This document shows positions 1 to 11,714 of a stretch of 64,000 nucleotides of DNA, piece after piece. This DNA is from a candidate division WOR-3 bacterium. Its GTDB lineage: Bacteria > Hydrothermota > Tepidihabitantia > Tepidihabitantales > DTDR01. The notes under the pieces are model-generated. The model had not been told where the DNA came from. It made no database searches and saw nothing but the letters and a program-made list of their open reading frames with translations. The position numbers were made by a program, and so were the translations under genes. The stretch spans positions 11,294 through 75,293 of the forward strand of contig JANXBG010000002.1 of assembly GCA_025060715.1 (NCBI GenBank), given 5' to 3'. Every line of letters begins with the position of its first letter. Position 1 is the first letter of the stretch.

Positions 1-1
1 T

Positions 2-1042
2 GATGGAGTGTTACATCCCGTAGTAGCGCCGAAGAAGGCTTTACAATTAGCCGTTGTTTCCCGTATTAAAATTATGTCAAGAATGAATATTGCTGAAAAA
101 AGATTACCTCAAGACGGTCGTTACTCAGCAATCGTTGATGGTAGAGAAATTGACTTCCGGGTTTCTACCTTTCCTACTACTTATGGTGAAACAGTGGTAA
201 TGCGGATTTTAGATAGAGTAAGACTTTTATCTATGGATGAATTGGGACTTTTACCAGAGAAATTAAAGATTTTAAGAGAAATGATCAGAAAACCCCACGG
301 TGTTATTTTAGTTACTGGACCAACCGGTTCAGGAAAAACAACAACCTTATATGCTATTTTGCAAGAGATTCGTAGTGCAGAAAAAAATATAATCACCGTT
401 GAAGACCCAGTAGAGTATGATATCGATGGCCTTTGTCAATCCCAAGTAAACGAAAAAGCTGGTTTTACTTATCTTGTTGCTTTAAGACATATTTTACGGC
501 AGGATCCGGATGTTATTTTTATTGGTGAGATTCGTGATCGGGATACTGCCACAGTAGCTATTCGGGCTGCCTTAACGGGTCAATTAGTATTCTCAACAAT
601 TCACACCAATGATGCTCCCGGAACAATTACCCGTTTAATTGATATGGGAATCGAACCCTTTTTAGTTGCTTCGGCGATGGAAGGAGTTTTAGCACAAAGA
701 TTAGTAAGAAGAATTTGTCCAAAATGTAAAGAAGAATATAAACCTTCTCCCAAAATTTTAGAAGAATTAGAATTGCCTCCTGATACCATTTTATATCGGG
801 GAAGAGGTTGTGAACATTGTCGTTATACTGGTTATTATGGAAGAATTGGTATTTTTGAAGTTATGAAAGTGGATGAAAAAATGAGAGAATTAATTGTTAC
901 TCGGCCACCCACTAGTGCAATAAGAATGTTGGCAAAAGAAAATGGTATGGATACTTTGTGGGAAGACGGAATTAAAAAAGTCCTAATGGGGATCACCACT
1001 GTTGAAGAAGTGATGAGAGAGGCAGAAAAAATTGTAATTTAA
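2..1042 (+). CDS. pilB: Type IV pilus / type II secretion ATPase GspE/PilB, C-terminal part (5' end lies outside the window)
   Basis: Walker A GPTGSGKTTT, Walker B DPDVIFIGEIRD, His box VFSTIHTNDA, C-terminal tetracysteine CPKC...CEHC typical of GspE/PilB; frame open to window edge; followed by pilC. Confidence 0.85.
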   Translation, partial: DGVLHPVVAPKKALQLAVVSRIKIMSRMNIAEKRLPQDGRYSAIVDGREIDFRVSTFPTTYGETVVMRILDRVRLLSMDELGLLPEKLKILREMIRKPHGVILVTGPTGSGKTTTLYAILQEIRSAEKNIITVEDPVEYDIDGLCQSQVNEKAGFTYLVALRHILRQDPDVIFIGEIRDRDTATVAIRAALTGQLVFSTIHTNDAPGTITRLIDMGIEPFLVASAMEGVLAQRLVRRICPKCKEEYKPSPKILEELELPPDTILYRGRGCEHCRYTGYYGRIGIFEVMKVDEKMRELIVTRPPTSAIRMLAKENGMDTLWEDGIKKVLMGITTVEEVMREAEKIVI

Positions 1043-1060
1043 TTAAAAAGGAGGTTTTGA

Positions 1061-2293
1061 ATGCCTTTATTTTCTTATAAAGTAAGAGACCGGGAAGGAA
1101 AAGTATTAACTGGTACGGTAGAGGGAAGTGATTTGAATAGTGTGATTGAAAAATTGGATGCTTTAGGTTACATTCCCTTACAAGTAAAAGAGATAAAACA
1201 GCGATCTGGTGGTGGTTTTTCTTTTGAAAATCTTTTTGCTGGTAGAGTAAAGGCAATTGATTTAATAAATTTTACTCGTCAATTTGTTACCCTTCATAAA
1301 GCTGGTTTACCAATGCTTTCAGCTATTAGTGCTTTACAAGCCCAAACTCGTTCAGCAGCTTTAGCCAAAGCCCTTGATGGAATTAGAAAAGATTTGATGG
1401 GTGGTGCTTCTCTTTCTCAAGCAATGGCAAAATATCCAAAAATTTTTAATGAATTATATGTTAATTCTGTTTGGGCAGGAGAGACTGGTGGTGTTTTGGA
1501 TGAAATTTTATCTCGTTTGGCTGATTTGTTAGAACACGAAAGAAGATTAAGAAGCGAAGTTATGTCTGCTTTACGATATCCAATAATCTTAATGGTTGGT
1601 ATGGTCGTGGCTGTTGTTGTTCTTTCAACTTTTGTTTTACCAAAATTTATTATGCTTTTAACTGGTTTAGGAAGTAATATTCCTACTGCAACGAGAATCC
1701 TTATTAGTTTTGTTAATTTTATGAAAAATTATTGGTTAATCGGCTTCTTCTTCTTAGCGATGCTTGGAATTTTATTTTATACTTTTATTCGAACAAAACC
1801 TGGGAGATTATGGTGGGATAGAGTAAAACTTAAGATCCCAATTGCTGGTCCCTTAATTTATCAAATGGTTCTTGCCCGTTTTGCTCGGATGTTTGAAACC
1901 TTAGATAGAACCGGTTTGCCAATTTTGCGTAGTTTGGCATTGGTTTCAAAAACAGTTGGTAATGCTTTTATTTCTCAGCATATTGATGCAATTGCAGAAA
2001 GTGTGCGAAGAGGAAGAGGTATTGCGCCACCCATGAGAGAGAGTGGTGTTTTTCCTCCAATGGTTGTTCAAATGGTTGCTACGGGTGAAGAATCAGGTGC
2101 CTTAGATGATATGCTTAGGCAAGTGGCCGATTATTATGATACCGAAGTAGAAAGAATAGCAAAAAATTTAACTGGTTTGATTGAACCGGTATTAATTCTG
2201 ATAATGGGAATTGGTGTGGTATTCATTATTATTGCTGTAATTATGCCCTATATGAATATTCTCACTTCCTTTGGACAACAAGGAATGAGGTAA
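1061..2293 (+). CDS. pilC: Type IV pilus assembly platform protein PilC / GspF
   Basis: 410 aa with two GspF-like repeats and a polytopic membrane profile; N-terminus MPLFSYKVRDREGKVLTGTVEG typical of PilC; AGGAGG RBS 8 nt upstream; immediately downstream of the PilB-like ATPase. Confidence 0.85.
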   Translation: MPLFSYKVRDREGKVLTGTVEGSDLNSVIEKLDALGYIPLQVKEIKQRSGGGFSFENLFAGRVKAIDLINFTRQFVTLHKAGLPMLSAISALQAQTRSAALAKALDGIRKDLMGGASLSQAMAKYPKIFNELYVNSVWAGETGGVLDEILSRLADLLEHERRLRSEVMSALRYPIILMVGMVVAVVVLSTFVLPKFIMLLTGLGSNIPTATRILISFVNFMKNYWLIGFFFLAMLGILFYTFIRTKPGRLWWDRVKLKIPIAGPLIYQMVLARFARMFETLDRTGLPILRSLALVSKTVGNAFISQHIDAIAESVRRGRGIAPPMRESGVFPPMVVQMVATGEESGALDDMLRQVADYYDTEVERIAKNLTGLIEPVLILIMGIGVVFIIIAVIMPYMNILTSFGQQGMR

Positions 2294-5247
<2,954 letters not shown>

Positions 5248-5282
5248 TTATTATAATTAATTTTTTAAAAAAATCAATATTG

Positions 5283-6251
5283 TCAATGTTTTAATTTTTC
5301 TAAATGTTCCTTATAGGTTTTAGAAAAAATATGGGTAATACCATCTTTAGTAAAAAAATAATAATAATCAGTTTTTTTTGGATTTAAAACTGCTTCTAAA
5401 GACTTTTTAGAAGGATTACAAATCGGTGTTGGCGGTAATCCTTTATAAAGATAAGTATTATAGGGAGAATTGATTTTTAAATCTTCTTTACTTAACACTT
5501 TTTTCCTTTTTTCTAAAAGATATTCAATGGTAGCACAAGATTGTAAAGGCATATTTTTTTTCAAACGATTTAAAAAGACTGAAGCAATAATTGGTCTTTC
5601 ATTATCTACTTTCGCTTCTTCTTCAACGATTGATGCCAAAATAATAATTGTGGAATCAGAAAGATTGGTTTTATATTTTCTTTTTAAATCTAAATAAATC
5701 TGCCAAAATCGTTTACACATCTTATCAAAAACAACTTCTGGCAAAGAATTAGTAAAAAACTGATAGGAATCAGGAAACAAAAAACCTTCAGCACTTGGGA
5801 AAAAAATATTATACTTTCTTAAAACATCGGGCGAAGTAGCATATTTAATAAACTCTTCCTTAGGACATATTCCCTTTTTTTCTAAAATTTCCGCCACCTC
5901 TTTAAGCGTTAGCCCTTCGGGTATTGTTATAAAAACTGGAATATATTGTTTTCTTAATAACAATAAAAAAACTTTAAACTCTTTATGGTTTTTTGGAATT
6001 TGATAATAACCACATTTTATTAATTTTCTTTTTAAAAAAATCGTAGTATAAAGAAAAAATAACCATTTTCTCTTTATTACTCCTTTTTCTTTTAATAAAC
6101 CGCCGATCTCTTTTAAAGTTAAATTTTTGGGAATAAAAATTTTTATCTTTTCATTTACTTCTTCTTCAATAAAAAACTGGTGGAAAAAAATAAAAAGAAA
6201 AGCAAAAAGGATTAAAAAAATTTTTTCAAACTTCTTTATCCTTTCCTTCAC
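5283..6251 (-). CDS. mltG: Endolytic murein transglycosylase MltG (YceG family)
   Basis: N-terminal transmembrane helix and YceG-like domain with conserved LQSCATIEYLL and NTYLYKGLPPTPICNPS region. Confidence 0.75.
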   Translation of the reverse strand: MKERIKKFEKIFLILFAFLFIFFHQFFIEEEVNEKIKIFIPKNLTLKEIGGLLKEKGVIKRKWLFFLYTTIFLKRKLIKCGYYQIPKNHKEFKVFLLLLRKQYIPVFITIPEGLTLKEVAEILEKKGICPKEEFIKYATSPDVLRKYNIFFPSAEGFLFPDSYQFFTNSLPEVVFDKMCKRFWQIYLDLKRKYKTNLSDSTIIILASIVEEEAKVDNERPIIASVFLNRLKKNMPLQSCATIEYLLEKRKKVLSKEDLKINSPYNTYLYKGLPPTPICNPSKKSLEAVLNPKKTDYYYFFTKDGITHIFSKTYKEHLEKLKH

Positions 6252-6672
6252 CCTTCAAATAACTTTCTAAAAGCAAAATAGCTGATAAAAGGTTTATTTC
6301 TTTTTTTATACTTTCTTTCTTTTTCAATCCACTCTTTTTAAAATCTTTAGGAAAAATAATCCTTTTTGCCAAATCGGTTGTGTAACGTTCATCAAACAAA
6401 ATTATCTCTCTATCAATCAATTTCTCTAATTTTTCCTTAAATTTTTTTACCACTTTACCTCTTTCTGTCTCCTCGCCTTTTAAACCCTTTGGATAGCCAA
6501 TAATAATCTTAAAAATTTCTTTTTCTTTTACCACCTGAGAAATCTTTTTAACTAAATCATCAATATTATTAACTTCTATTGTTTTATAACCATAAATATA
6601 TTTCTTCTCTAAATCTCCTAAAGCTAAACCTACTCTTTTTAAACCAAAATCAATTGCTAAAAGATTCTTCAT
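6226..6672 (-). CDS. ruvX: Putative pre-16S rRNA nuclease / Holliday junction resolvase-like YqgF (RuvX)
   Basis: N-terminus LLAIDFGLKRVGLALGD typical of YqgF/RuvX RNase H-fold proteins; 148 aa. Confidence 0.75.
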   Translation of the reverse strand: MKNLLAIDFGLKRVGLALGDLEKKYIYGYKTIEVNNIDDLVKKISQVVKEKEIFKIIIGYPKGLKGEETERGKVVKKFKEKLEKLIDREIILFDERYTTDLAKRIIFPKDFKKSGLKKKESIKKEINLLSAILLLESYLKGEGKDKEV

Positions 6673-7154
6673 TAATTAAAACGAAAGATATTATGCCTCA
6701 CATTTGTTAAAAATGCCAAAAGTTCTTTAAAGAAACCAAAGAAAAGAATTTGAGAAACAAAAATTGACTTTTTATAAAGATAAATTAACTCGGGATTATT
6801 TCTGCTAAAAATTAAAATTGTTTTTAATACTGCGTGACATAAAGCCCAACCGAAGATAATTCCTAAAAAAAATCCAAAAAAATAAGTAAAAATTCCAAAA
6901 GAAAAAGAAAAGAGATTATTTAAAAAACGAGCAAGAAAAAAGACAAAAACTAAAATAATAACAAATGAAAAAAGATAAAAAAAGGGGTTATAAGAAAAAT
7001 TTTTAAAGATAAAATTGCTTAAATAACAAGCAAAAATAATCCCAATTGTCTCATAAAAAATAAGACTTAAATTATCTAAACTTCTTAAGAATTGAATACC
7101 CCCAAAAAAAGCAACAATCCCCAAAGAAAGCCAATCAATAATATTTAAAGTCAA
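6672..7154 (-). CDS. Small polytopic membrane protein, possibly CvpA (colicin V production) family
   Basis: 160 aa, about four predicted transmembrane helices, N-terminus NIIDWLSLGIVAFFGGIQF resembles CvpA; weak. Confidence 0.4.
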   Translation of the reverse strand: MTLNIIDWLSLGIVAFFGGIQFLRSLDNLSLIFYETIGIIFACYLSNFIFKNFSYNPFFYLFSFVIILVFVFFLARFLNNLFSFSFGIFTYFFGFFLGIIFGWALCHAVLKTILIFSRNNPELIYLYKKSIFVSQILFFGFFKELLAFLTNVRHNIFRFN

Positions 7155-7155
7155 A

Positions 7156-7407
7156 TTATAGTTTTTCCCTTTTGAAAATCAAAATTACTTTGGTAATCGT
7201 CCCTTGGCTATCGGAACCAGGAGCAGTACCAACCAACTCCCAACCTTCTTCACCAAGTTGATTGATATAATTTTCCACATTAGGAAATTCTTTAATTATC
7301 TTTTTATTATCATCTTCAATCTGCCACCTACCCAAAGCCAAAATTGGATGGGTATGGACTTCTAAAACTTTTATTTTATATTCCCACCTTTTTTTATTGG
7401 TACTCAT
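7156..7407 (-). CDS. Small hypothetical protein (DUF4177-like)
   Basis: About 83 aa starting [14 protein letters not shown]; WEYK motif and size resemble DUF4177; start chosen at an internal Met to limit overlap with hbd. Confidence 0.35.
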   Translation of the reverse strand: MSTNKKRWEYKIKVLEVHTHPILALGRWQIEDDNKKIIKEFPNVENYINQLGEEGWELVGTAPGSDSQGTITKVILIFKREKL

Positions 7408-8242
7408 AAAAACCTCTTTTTGTCTTTCTTCCCAAAAATCCTGCATTTACCATTTTTCTCAATAAAGGACAGGGACGATATTTTGGATCTCCCAAATCTT
7501 TCTCCAAAACTTCTAAAATTGCTAAAACCACATCTAAACCAATCAAATCTGCCAACGCCAAAGGACCAATAGGATGGTTCATTCCTAATTTCATAATATC
7601 ATCAATCGCTTCTTTTGTCGCAATTCCTTCATAAAGACAATAAATCGCCTCATTAATCATCGGCATTAAAACCCGATTAGAAACAAAACCTGGTGAATCA
7701 TTAACAACCACTGGCACCTTATCAAGCTTTTTTGCCAAATCAACAACAATCTCCACAACTTTATCATCAGTTCTTAAACCTTTTATCACTTCTACCAAAG
7801 TCATCAAAGGAACCGGATTCATAAAATGCATACCAATAAATTTTTCTGGTCTATTTGTTACGCTTGCCAATTCAGTAATAGAAATTGTTGATGTGTTAGA
7901 AGCAAAAATTGTTTCGCTTTTACAGATTTTATCCAAATAAGAAAAAACTTTCTTTTTCTCCTCTTTATTCTCAATAATCGCCTCAATAATTATATCACAA
8001 TCTTTTAAATCATCCTTATTGGTGGAAGTTTTGATGTTCTGTAAGGTCCTTTCTTTTTCTTCACTGGTAATCTTACCTTTTTCCACAAACTTCTCTAAAC
8101 TCTTTTTGATATTATTAAGTCCTTTTTCCAAAATCTCATTTGTCAAATCTACCATCACCACCGGATAATTCTTTTGGGCAAAAACTTGACAAATACCACT
8201 ACCCATTACTCCTGCACCTAAAACCCCTACCTTATTTACCAT
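7394..8242 (-). CDS. hbd: 3-hydroxybutyryl-CoA / 3-hydroxyacyl-CoA dehydrogenase
   Basis: NAD-binding Rossmann motif [13 protein letters not shown] at the N-terminus and a 3HCDH C-terminal domain; 282 aa. Confidence 0.8.
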   Translation of the reverse strand: MVNKVGVLGAGVMGSGICQVFAQKNYPVVMVDLTNEILEKGLNNIKKSLEKFVEKGKITSEEKERTLQNIKTSTNKDDLKDCDIIIEAIIENKEEKKKVFSYLDKICKSETIFASNTSTISITELASVTNRPEKFIGMHFMNPVPLMTLVEVIKGLRTDDKVVEIVVDLAKKLDKVPVVVNDSPGFVSNRVLMPMINEAIYCLYEGIATKEAIDDIMKLGMNHPIGPLALADLIGLDVVLAILEVLEKDLGDPKYRPCPLLRKMVNAGFLGRKTKRGFYEYQ

Positions 8243-8636
8243 TTTTACCTCCCCTTTTAAAATAAATAAATTATAAAAGAAATATATAAAAAGTCAAAAT
8301 AAACCCTTATAGTAAATCAATGTTTATGGATTGGAAAAAAGTAATACTTTTAAACATAATTTTCCCTTTAACAAGTTTGTAACCAAAAACTTTTCCTTAA
8401 AGAGCCGGACTATAATTGGAAAAGATTTTTAAAATTACCTTTATTATATTAAGATGGAACATATAAAGTGACATAATATATAGCCCTTATTTGTAAGGTC
8501 AAATTAAATTAAGTCATTAAATATTATCCATCATCTTATAAAAGAGAGCAAAGAACTTTTAAAAGAGGCAAAGACCGAGGAGGATTTAAGGATTGGCTTT
8601 GAGAAAATTCTTGAGCCAATAAAGAATTCTTTAAAT

Positions 8637-9911
8637 TTGAAATATAGTTCAAGATATGAAAAATCTATTTATACTGGTCGGCCCGATGCGGTTCATGGGC
8701 AGTTAATTATTGAATATGAAAAACCTAATGTCTTTAAGAATAAAAGGGCAATTGATAATGCCTTTGAGCAGTTGGTAAGATATATTAAAGGGCTTTCTGA
8801 GGAGGAGAAAAAGGAACTTTTTATCTATGAAGCAAAATATATTGGTGTTGCTTTTGATGGTGATAAAATCTTTTTTGTCCGTTATAAAGGTAAGAAAGAA
8901 AAACCAAAAATTGAATTAGAAGATAAAGATTTCATTATTGAGGGACCTTATGATTTTAATATTGAAAGTGCCAAAACTTTTTTAATCCATTTAAGAGGTC
9001 TATCTCGCCTTCCTTTAACGGCTGATAATCTTTGTAAAAGATTTGGTGAAAAAGGGGTTGCCTCAAATGTTATCCCTGCTTTTGTTAATGCTTTAAAATA
9101 TTGGGGAAATCAAACTCAAATAAAAACATTCTTTGATGAATGGAAAAGATTATTTGGAATTGTTTATAGTGAGGGTTTTAATAGTAGCTATGGTAAAGGG
9201 ATAGATAAATTTTATCAGGTTTATAATGTAAAAAGAGAGGCTAATTTTCAAGAAATCCTATTTTCCATTCATACCTATTTTACCTTTTTAATGAAACTTT
9301 TAACTGCTGAAATATTAACTTTAAGAGAAACCTCTTTCTCTTCTTCCTTTATATCTTCTCTTATTCATTTTTCTGATGAGGAACTTAAAAGAAAATTGGA
9401 AGAGATTGAAGATGGTAGTATTTATGCTCAAAAGGGGATTACCAATTTTTTAGAGGGCGATTTCTTTCGTTGGTATCTTTCTGCCCTTGATTCTCCCGAA
9501 TTAAAAGATGCGATTAGAGAGATTGCTCGTGGTTTAGAAGAGTTTGAACCAGCAACAAATATCATTGAGCCAAATTTAACAAGAGATTTACTTAAAAAAT
9601 TATATCAATATTTAGTTCCCAAGGAAATTCGTCACAATCTTGGTGAATATTATACACCTGATTGGCTGGCAGAATTATTATTGAATGAAGTTGGTTATGA
9701 TGGTAATCTTAATAAAAGATTACTTGACCCGGCTTGTGGTTCAGGCACTTTCTTGGTTTTGGCAATCCAGAGAGCGATAAAATATGGTAAAGAGAAAGAA
9801 AAATTACCTGATATTGAGATTATTAAAAGAATATTAAAGAATATTTGGGGATTTGACCTAAACCCCTTAGCAGTAATCTCTGCCCGAACCAATTATTTAC
9901 TTTCCTTTTAG
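8637..9911 (+). CDS. N-terminal fragment of a Type IIG-like RM enzyme: PD-ExK nuclease motif plus N6-adenine methyltransferase motif I (frame-disrupted)
   Basis: GRPDAVHGQLIIEYEKP (PD...ExK-like) near the N-terminus and LLDPACGSGTFLV (SAM-binding motif I) near the C-terminus; frame stays open upstream to 8508 with no ATG (TTG/ATA starts only); ends at TAG 9909-9911 while frame +2 continues the protein. Confidence 0.6.
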   Translation: MKYSSRYEKSIYTGRPDAVHGQLIIEYEKPNVFKNKRAIDNAFEQLVRYIKGLSEEEKKELFIYEAKYIGVAFDGDKIFFVRYKGKKEKPKIELEDKDFIIEGPYDFNIESAKTFLIHLRGLSRLPLTADNLCKRFGEKGVASNVIPAFVNALKYWGNQTQIKTFFDEWKRLFGIVYSEGFNSSYGKGIDKFYQVYNVKREANFQEILFSIHTYFTFLMKLLTAEILTLRETSFSSSFISSLIHFSDEELKRKLEEIEDGSIYAQKGITNFLEGDFFRWYLSALDSPELKDAIREIARGLEEFEPATNIIEPNLTRDLLKKLYQYLVPKEIRHNLGEYYTPDWLAELLLNEVGYDGNLNKRLLDPACGSGTFLVLAIQRAIKYGKEKEKLPDIEIIKRILKNIWGFDLNPLAVISARTNYLLSF

Positions 9912-10015
9912 GTGATTTAGTAAATGAATATATTAATAAAGGTGGCAAGGTTGAAATACCTGTTTATCTTTGCGATTCAGTTTTAACTCCTAAATCTTTA
10001 AAAAACACCGGTAAT

Positions 10016-11713
10016 TTGCTTGATGAAGTGTATGAAATTTCTACCTCTGCTGGAAAGTTTCTAATTCCTATTGAATGGATAAAAGAGGGTCACATCCTGT
10101 TAGCAGCAACCCTGATTGAAGAGATGGTAAAAAACCGATATTCGCCAGACGAAGCATTAATAAGATTTAAAGAAGAGGGATTAGCCTTCACAACTAACCA
10201 AGATATAGTTAAAAATTTTTATTCCCAAATTTTAAATTTGGAAAAGGAGAATAAAAATGGTATTTGGGCAAGATTTTTAAAAAATGTTTTTGCACCAATG
10301 ATGGCAGGAAAATTTGACTTTGTTGTCGGCAATCCACCTTGGATAAGATGGGAGTATTTATCTAAGGAATATCGCGAGGCTACAAAAAATTTATGGGATT
10401 TGTATGGTTTATCAATAATAAAAGATTCTAAAGACACTCTTGGTAAAGGCAAAAAAGATTTCTCAATGCTTTTTACCTATGCTTCTTGCGATAATTATCT
10501 AAAGAAAGGTGGAAAATTAGGATTTTTAATCACCCAAGAAGTCTTTAAATCAAAAGGTGCGGGTGAAGGATTTAGAAGATTTCAAATTGGAGATAAAGAA
10601 TATTTAAAAGTATTAAAGGCGCACGATTTAGTTTCCATTAAACCTTTTGAAGGTGCGGCTAATAAAACTGCAATGATAATTATTAAAAAGGGAGAGAAAA
10701 CAGAATATCCTCTTCCCTATTTTGTTTGGAATAAAAAGAAAGGAACCGGCAAAATTCAAACTGATAATCTTTTAGAAGAAGTTCTGCCATTATTACAAAA
10801 GAAAAAATATATTGCTAAACCAATTGGCTTAAATGTTGGTGCTTGGCAAACTTTATTTATAGAATTAAAAGATTTATCTATGATTGAAGGTAAAAATTAT
10901 TATAAAGCTCAATCTGGCATAATTGATGACCCCTATGGAGTTTTTTGGATAGAAATAAAACAAATTCTTTCTGATGGAACTGTTATTATAAGTAATTTAC
11001 CTGAGAAAGGAAAAAGAGAAATTTCTAAAATAGAAATAAAAGTAGAACCGGATTTAATTTATCCCTCTTTACGAGGCTCTGATATCCAACGATGGCAGGC
11101 TAAATCTAAATTTTTTGTTTTCTTAACACAAAACCCTAAAAAAAGAGAGCCAATACCAGAGACAGATTTTAAAAAATATTTTCCAAAAACCTATAATTAT
11201 TTTATTAAATTTAAAGAAATTTTATTAAGTAGTAGCTCAAAAATGGTGAAAAGACTGCGTGAAGAAAAGGCCTTTTATGCAATGTTTGGTGTTAGTACTC
11301 ACACCATGAGTAAATATAAAGTTGTTTGGAAACAAATGTCCAATGATATTTATGGGGCAGTAATTTCTCAAATAAAAACTCCTATTGGATATAAAATTAT
11401 TATTCCACTCCATACTACTGCTTTTATATCCACCAATAATGAAGATGAAGCCCATTATCTTTGTGCGATTATCAATTCCAAACCAGTTAGGGAGTTTATT
11501 AAATCTTTCTCTTCTGCTGGTCGGGGTTTTGGCACACCTTCGGTAATGGAACATATTGGTATTCCCAAATTTGACCCAAATAATAAAATTCATAAAGAAC
11601 TTTCTTTGCTTTCCAAAGAGTGTCATAAACTAAAAGAAGAAGGAAAAGATAAAGAGATAGAAAGATTAGAAGATAAGATTGATTTATTAGTTAAAAAATT
11701 GTTTAATATTTAG
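10016..11713 (+). CDS. C-terminal fragment of the same RM enzyme: methyltransferase motif IV (NPPW) plus putative target-recognition domain
   Basis: FVVGNPPWIRWEY (N6-adenine MTase motif IV) followed by about 450 aa of putative target-recognition domain; this frame is open from 9857, overlapping the upstream fragment by about 55 nt, so a single frameshift joins them. Confidence 0.6.
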   Translation: MLDEVYEISTSAGKFLIPIEWIKEGHILLAATLIEEMVKNRYSPDEALIRFKEEGLAFTTNQDIVKNFYSQILNLEKENKNGIWARFLKNVFAPMMAGKFDFVVGNPPWIRWEYLSKEYREATKNLWDLYGLSIIKDSKDTLGKGKKDFSMLFTYASCDNYLKKGGKLGFLITQEVFKSKGAGEGFRRFQIGDKEYLKVLKAHDLVSIKPFEGAANKTAMIIIKKGEKTEYPLPYFVWNKKKGTGKIQTDNLLEEVLPLLQKKKYIAKPIGLNVGAWQTLFIELKDLSMIEGKNYYKAQSGIIDDPYGVFWIEIKQILSDGTVIISNLPEKGKREISKIEIKVEPDLIYPSLRGSDIQRWQAKSKFFVFLTQNPKKREPIPETDFKKYFPKTYNYFIKFKEILLSSSSKMVKRLREEKAFYAMFGVSTHTMSKYKVVWKQMSNDIYGAVISQIKTPIGYKIIIPLHTTAFISTNNEDEAHYLCAIINSKPVREFIKSFSSAGRGFGTPSVMEHIGIPKFDPNNKIHKELSLLSKECHKLKEEGKDKEIERLEDKIDLLVKKLFNI

Positions 11714-11714
11714 A

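Noticed and set aside
181-789. Short antisense ORFs (181-396, 601-789) inside the pilB-like gene, and many similar 60-150-aa ORFs embedded in or antisense to large genes (e.g. 4187-4435, 5470-5697, 12036-12308, 14304-15232, 21405-22164, 22417-23602, 25117-25990, 32618-33070, 34963-35169, 38123-39496, 44270-44752, 47120-47853, 53419-53908, 60433-60800, 61756-62073)
   Set aside because: Each lies wholly within a longer ORF that has clear family motifs. They are low-complexity or AT-codon-driven and carry no independent RBS or motif support, so they are typical shadow ORFs.
8243-8636. Possible tRNA or small RNA, or an upstream ATG start for the RM gene, in the 390-bp spacer before the RM gene
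   Set aside because: No cloverleaf-compatible segments or conserved tRNA boxes (the sequence is over 75% AT). The only in-frame ATG (8454) is followed by a stop after five codons, so the RM gene start remains non-canonical or unresolved.
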